From NCBI GenBank assembly GCA_015661585.1, contig DQVU01000044.1, positions 1 to 18,563 on the forward strand: a stretch of 18,563 bases of DNA, in the 5' to 3' direction. Shown one piece after another: positions 16,583 to 18,563 of this stretch; positions within the stretch are counted from its first letter, which is position 1, and every line of letters starts with the position of its first letter. Under the pieces are notes generated by a model. It ran no database searches, was not told the DNA's origin, and was given only the letters and a program-made list of their open reading frames with translations. Source of the stretch: Methanothermococcus okinawensis (GTDB taxonomy: Archaea; AGJL01; Methanococci; Methanococcales; Methanococcaceae). The position numbers and the translations under genes were made by a program.

Positions 16583-16640
16583 CCCGTTCCCATTAAAATA
16601 TCCTATTATTTTTATTATTATAACGATTATTATTTTTTAA
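16583..16640 (+). repeat. solo left terminus plus AT arm of the foldback family
   Basis: GTTCCCATTAAAA (16586-16598) is followed by TATTATTTTTATTATTATAACGATTATTATTTTTT. Compare ATTATTATAACAATTATTATTTT in copy C. No core is present. Confidence 0.5.
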
Positions 16641-16653
16641 TATACTTTGAGAA

Positions 16654-17415
16654 TTAAGATACTATATATCTATCTACAATTTTTTCGACTTCCCTATATA
16701 CCTCGTTATTCTCATCTATCTCAAATAAAGGTATCCCTAAGAGATCGTACTTGGCAATTTCTTCACTGTAGGGCAACTTTGCAATTAACTTGAGTCCAAG
16801 TTCCCTGGCGTATCTCTCTACCATTTCTGAAGTTTTCTCATTAACCTTATTAGCCACTACATAGATGTTTTTAAATTTGATATCTAACTCCTCTGCCAAC
16901 TTCTTTATCCTCTTTGCAGTCCCAAGTCCCCTCTTAGATGCATCAGTCACCACTATCATAGTATCTACATTTTGAGTTGTCCTCCTACTTAGGTGTTCCA
17001 GTCCAGCCTCAGTATCTATCACTACGTAGTCGTAGGATGTTGATAGGTTATCTATTATCTGTCTTAACCAGTTATTTACACTACAGTAACAGCCACTACC
17101 TTCAGGCCTTCCCATAACTAACAAGTCGAAGTTGTCAGTCTCCACTATTATCTCGTATATCTTTCCCATAAGGTACTCCTGTTTAGATATACCTGGCGGC
17201 AACTTATTCTCCTCTACCAACCTCTTCAACTCCTCCCTTATATCACCTATGGTTCTCTCCACCTCTACACCTAGGGTTTCTGGAAGGTTAGAGTCTGGAT
17301 CTGCATCTATAACAAGTAGATTTTTACTCATTTTAGATAATACTTTTACAAGGAATGTGGAAAACATGGTTTTCCCAGTCCCTCCTTTCCCACTTACAGC
17401 GATTATCTTTGCCAA
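16654..17415 (-). CDS. CooC-type (MinD/ParA superfamily) metal-insertion ATPase
   Basis: The protein has the deviant Walker A GKGGTGKT and the CxC motif (GSGCYCSVN) typical of CooC nickel-insertion ATPases. The start is TTG, with GGTGAT upstream. Confidence 0.75.
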   Translation of the reverse strand: MAKIIAVSGKGGTGKTMFSTFLVKVLSKMSKNLLVIDADPDSNLPETLGVEVERTIGDIREELKRLVEENKLPPGISKQEYLMGKIYEIIVETDNFDLLVMGRPEGSGCYCSVNNWLRQIIDNLSTSYDYVVIDTEAGLEHLSRRTTQNVDTMIVVTDASKRGLGTAKRIKKLAEELDIKFKNIYVVANKVNEKTSEMVERYARELGLKLIAKLPYSEEIAKYDLLGIPLFEIDENNEVYREVEKIVDRYIVS

Positions 17416-17543
17416 TATATCACCAAGAATTAAATATTATTTCAATAATGGATACTTATGTACCTACACAAAAGATTTATATCTATTGTTATAATATTCC
17501 TTTTTGATTATTATTATTTTAAAATTTATATATAGGGATTTAT

Positions 17544-18563
17544 ATGTATGATCAAATGTTTCAAAAAGATCTTTTACAACTTTTCCTTGAATATTACAAA
17601 CAAGATTGGAAGAAACGATCTGAAGCTGCTAAAATATTAGGATATATTAAAGATCAAGAGGAGATAAATAAATTAACCCCTTACATTGTTGAGTTGGCCT
17701 TAGATACAAATAGATTCATTAGAATAAACTTAGCTCACTCCTTAAAGAAAATAGTGTTGGAATACAATATCATAAATGAGGATATCTTTGTCCTCTTGTA
17801 CCTTTGGGCTAACTCTCCAATTGCCATACTTTCAGAGATGGCTAGGAGAATTATATCGTCCTTAGATATACATGTGATATCAAGATACATACTATCTCTG
17901 TCTTTGAAGTTGTACTCTTCAGAACCTATAAAAGTGATATATGCACTATTCAGTATGGGGTTGATATCCACTGTAAATCCTGAATATATCACAAACACAC
18001 TACCTGAAATAATAACCATTGCCAACGGACATAGGTACAAACTTATACAGTTACTCGCCATTGAGATATTGGAAGAATTTGTAAATATGAAAAAGGAGCA
18101 TTTAATATCTAACTTTGTACATATCTACAGAGTGTATATATACACCGAATATAAAAAGGAAGGACAACAACTTAAGAGGGGGAGTGTTGAGTATATTCTC
18201 TCTAAGTACTTTAAAAAACAGCTGACAAAGGATGATATTGCAGATTTAATCTACGATTTGATACAACTTCAAACTCCAGGTAAAAAGATAATATTACTGT
18301 TGATGTACACCCACTTCAAGCCTCTCAGGGAGTTATTAGATGGAGATGAAAACCTCAGTAAGATACTACTGGAGGAGGTCCTAACGCAGATAAAGAATGA
18401 TGAATTCATCGTTAAACTCTCTGCAATACTACTTTTCTCAAAAATCGTAACTGTAGAGAAAGTTTATAAAAATCTAAGTAAAAAAGACATTGAGAATTTC
18501 TTTAAGGTGATAGAAGATAGTCTAACTAAGGGTAACTACCTCCTCAAGGGATTCTCCCTTGAG
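17544..18563 (+). CDS. hypothetical alpha-helical HEAT/ARM-like repeat protein (3'-truncated by the window end)
   Basis: This ORF is absent from the ORF track. The frame is open from ATG 17544 for exactly 340 codons to the last base of the window. The N-terminus, DWKKRSEAAKILGYIKD, resembles a PBS-lyase HEAT repeat. An alternative start is ATG 17556. The listed 17735-18061 minus-strand ORF is its antisense shadow. Confidence 0.65.
   Translation, partial: MYDQMFQKDLLQLFLEYYKQDWKKRSEAAKILGYIKDQEEINKLTPYIVELALDTNRFIRINLAHSLKKIVLEYNIINEDIFVLLYLWANSPIAILSEMARRIISSLDIHVISRYILSLSLKLYSSEPIKVIYALFSMGLISTVNPEYITNTLPEIITIANGHRYKLIQLLAIEILEEFVNMKKEHLISNFVHIYRVYIYTEYKKEGQQLKRGSVEYILSKYFKKQLTKDDIADLIYDLIQLQTPGKKIILLLMYTHFKPLRELLDGDENLSKILLEEVLTQIKNDEFIVKLSAILLFSKIVTVEKVYKNLSKKDIENFFKVIEDSLTKGNYLLKGFSLE

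Noticed and set aside
85-18061. These are track ORFs lying antisense to, or out of frame within, recognised genes. They are 85-279, 375-614, 711-923, 1184-1405, 1589-1774, 2854-3258, 2989-3342, 3415-3615, 3936-4235, 3975-4178, 4531-4722, 7493-8143, 8647-8883, 10347-10601, 10669-11049, 11181-11393, 11551-11745, 12929-13129, 14504-14806, 17132-17494 and 17735-18061.
   Set aside because: Each is fully or largely contained in a gene with a clear family identity on the other strand or in another frame. Their products are low-complexity (Ser/Leu/Ile/Pro-rich), they have no ribosome-binding site, and such shadow ORFs are expected in AT-rich genomes where stop codons are rare opposite coding sequence.

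Overview
This is an AT-rich archaeal chromosome segment whose gene content points to a hyperthermophilic Methanococcales genome, Methanocaldococcus/Methanotorris-like. Coding sequence is clearly GC-richer than the very AT-rich spacers, and GGTGA-type ribosome-binding sites precede most genes. The genes, in order, are: the minus-strand operon rpoE'-spt4-DUF359(dephospho-CoA kinase)-rps24e-rps27ae; an NhaP-type Na+/H+ antiporter and UDP-ManNAc dehydrogenase; a family II inorganic pyrophosphatase; an isolated bioF; the selenocysteine-type F420-reducing hydrogenase operon fruADGB; an ATP-grasp ligase (MfnD-like); a small radical SAM enzyme convergent with an AIM24/DUF124 protein; tRNA-Cys; hmd; a CooC-type ATPase; and a HEAT-like ORF running off the window end. 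Three corrections to the ORF track are needed. (1) fruA does not stop at 9831. That TGA is a Sec codon, the frame continues to 9903, and a canonical archaeal SECIS hairpin follows at 9904-9937. (2) The 58-aa spt4 gene (1008-1184, minus) is missing from the track. (3) A 340-codon open frame at 17544-18563 (+) is missing, and its antisense shadow is listed instead. The most unusual signal is non-coding. Almost every long spacer (330-860 bp, long for an archaeon) is filled by copies or fragments of one repeat family. Each copy is an imperfect palindrome ('foldback') with termini AGTTYCCATYAAAG / CTTTRATGGRAACT, AT-rich inverted arms and GC-richer inverted half-cores. I count about 8 copies plus solo ends, roughly 2 kb of this window. 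I cannot match it to any named element from memory. It could be a MITE-like mobile element or a family of structured RNAs.
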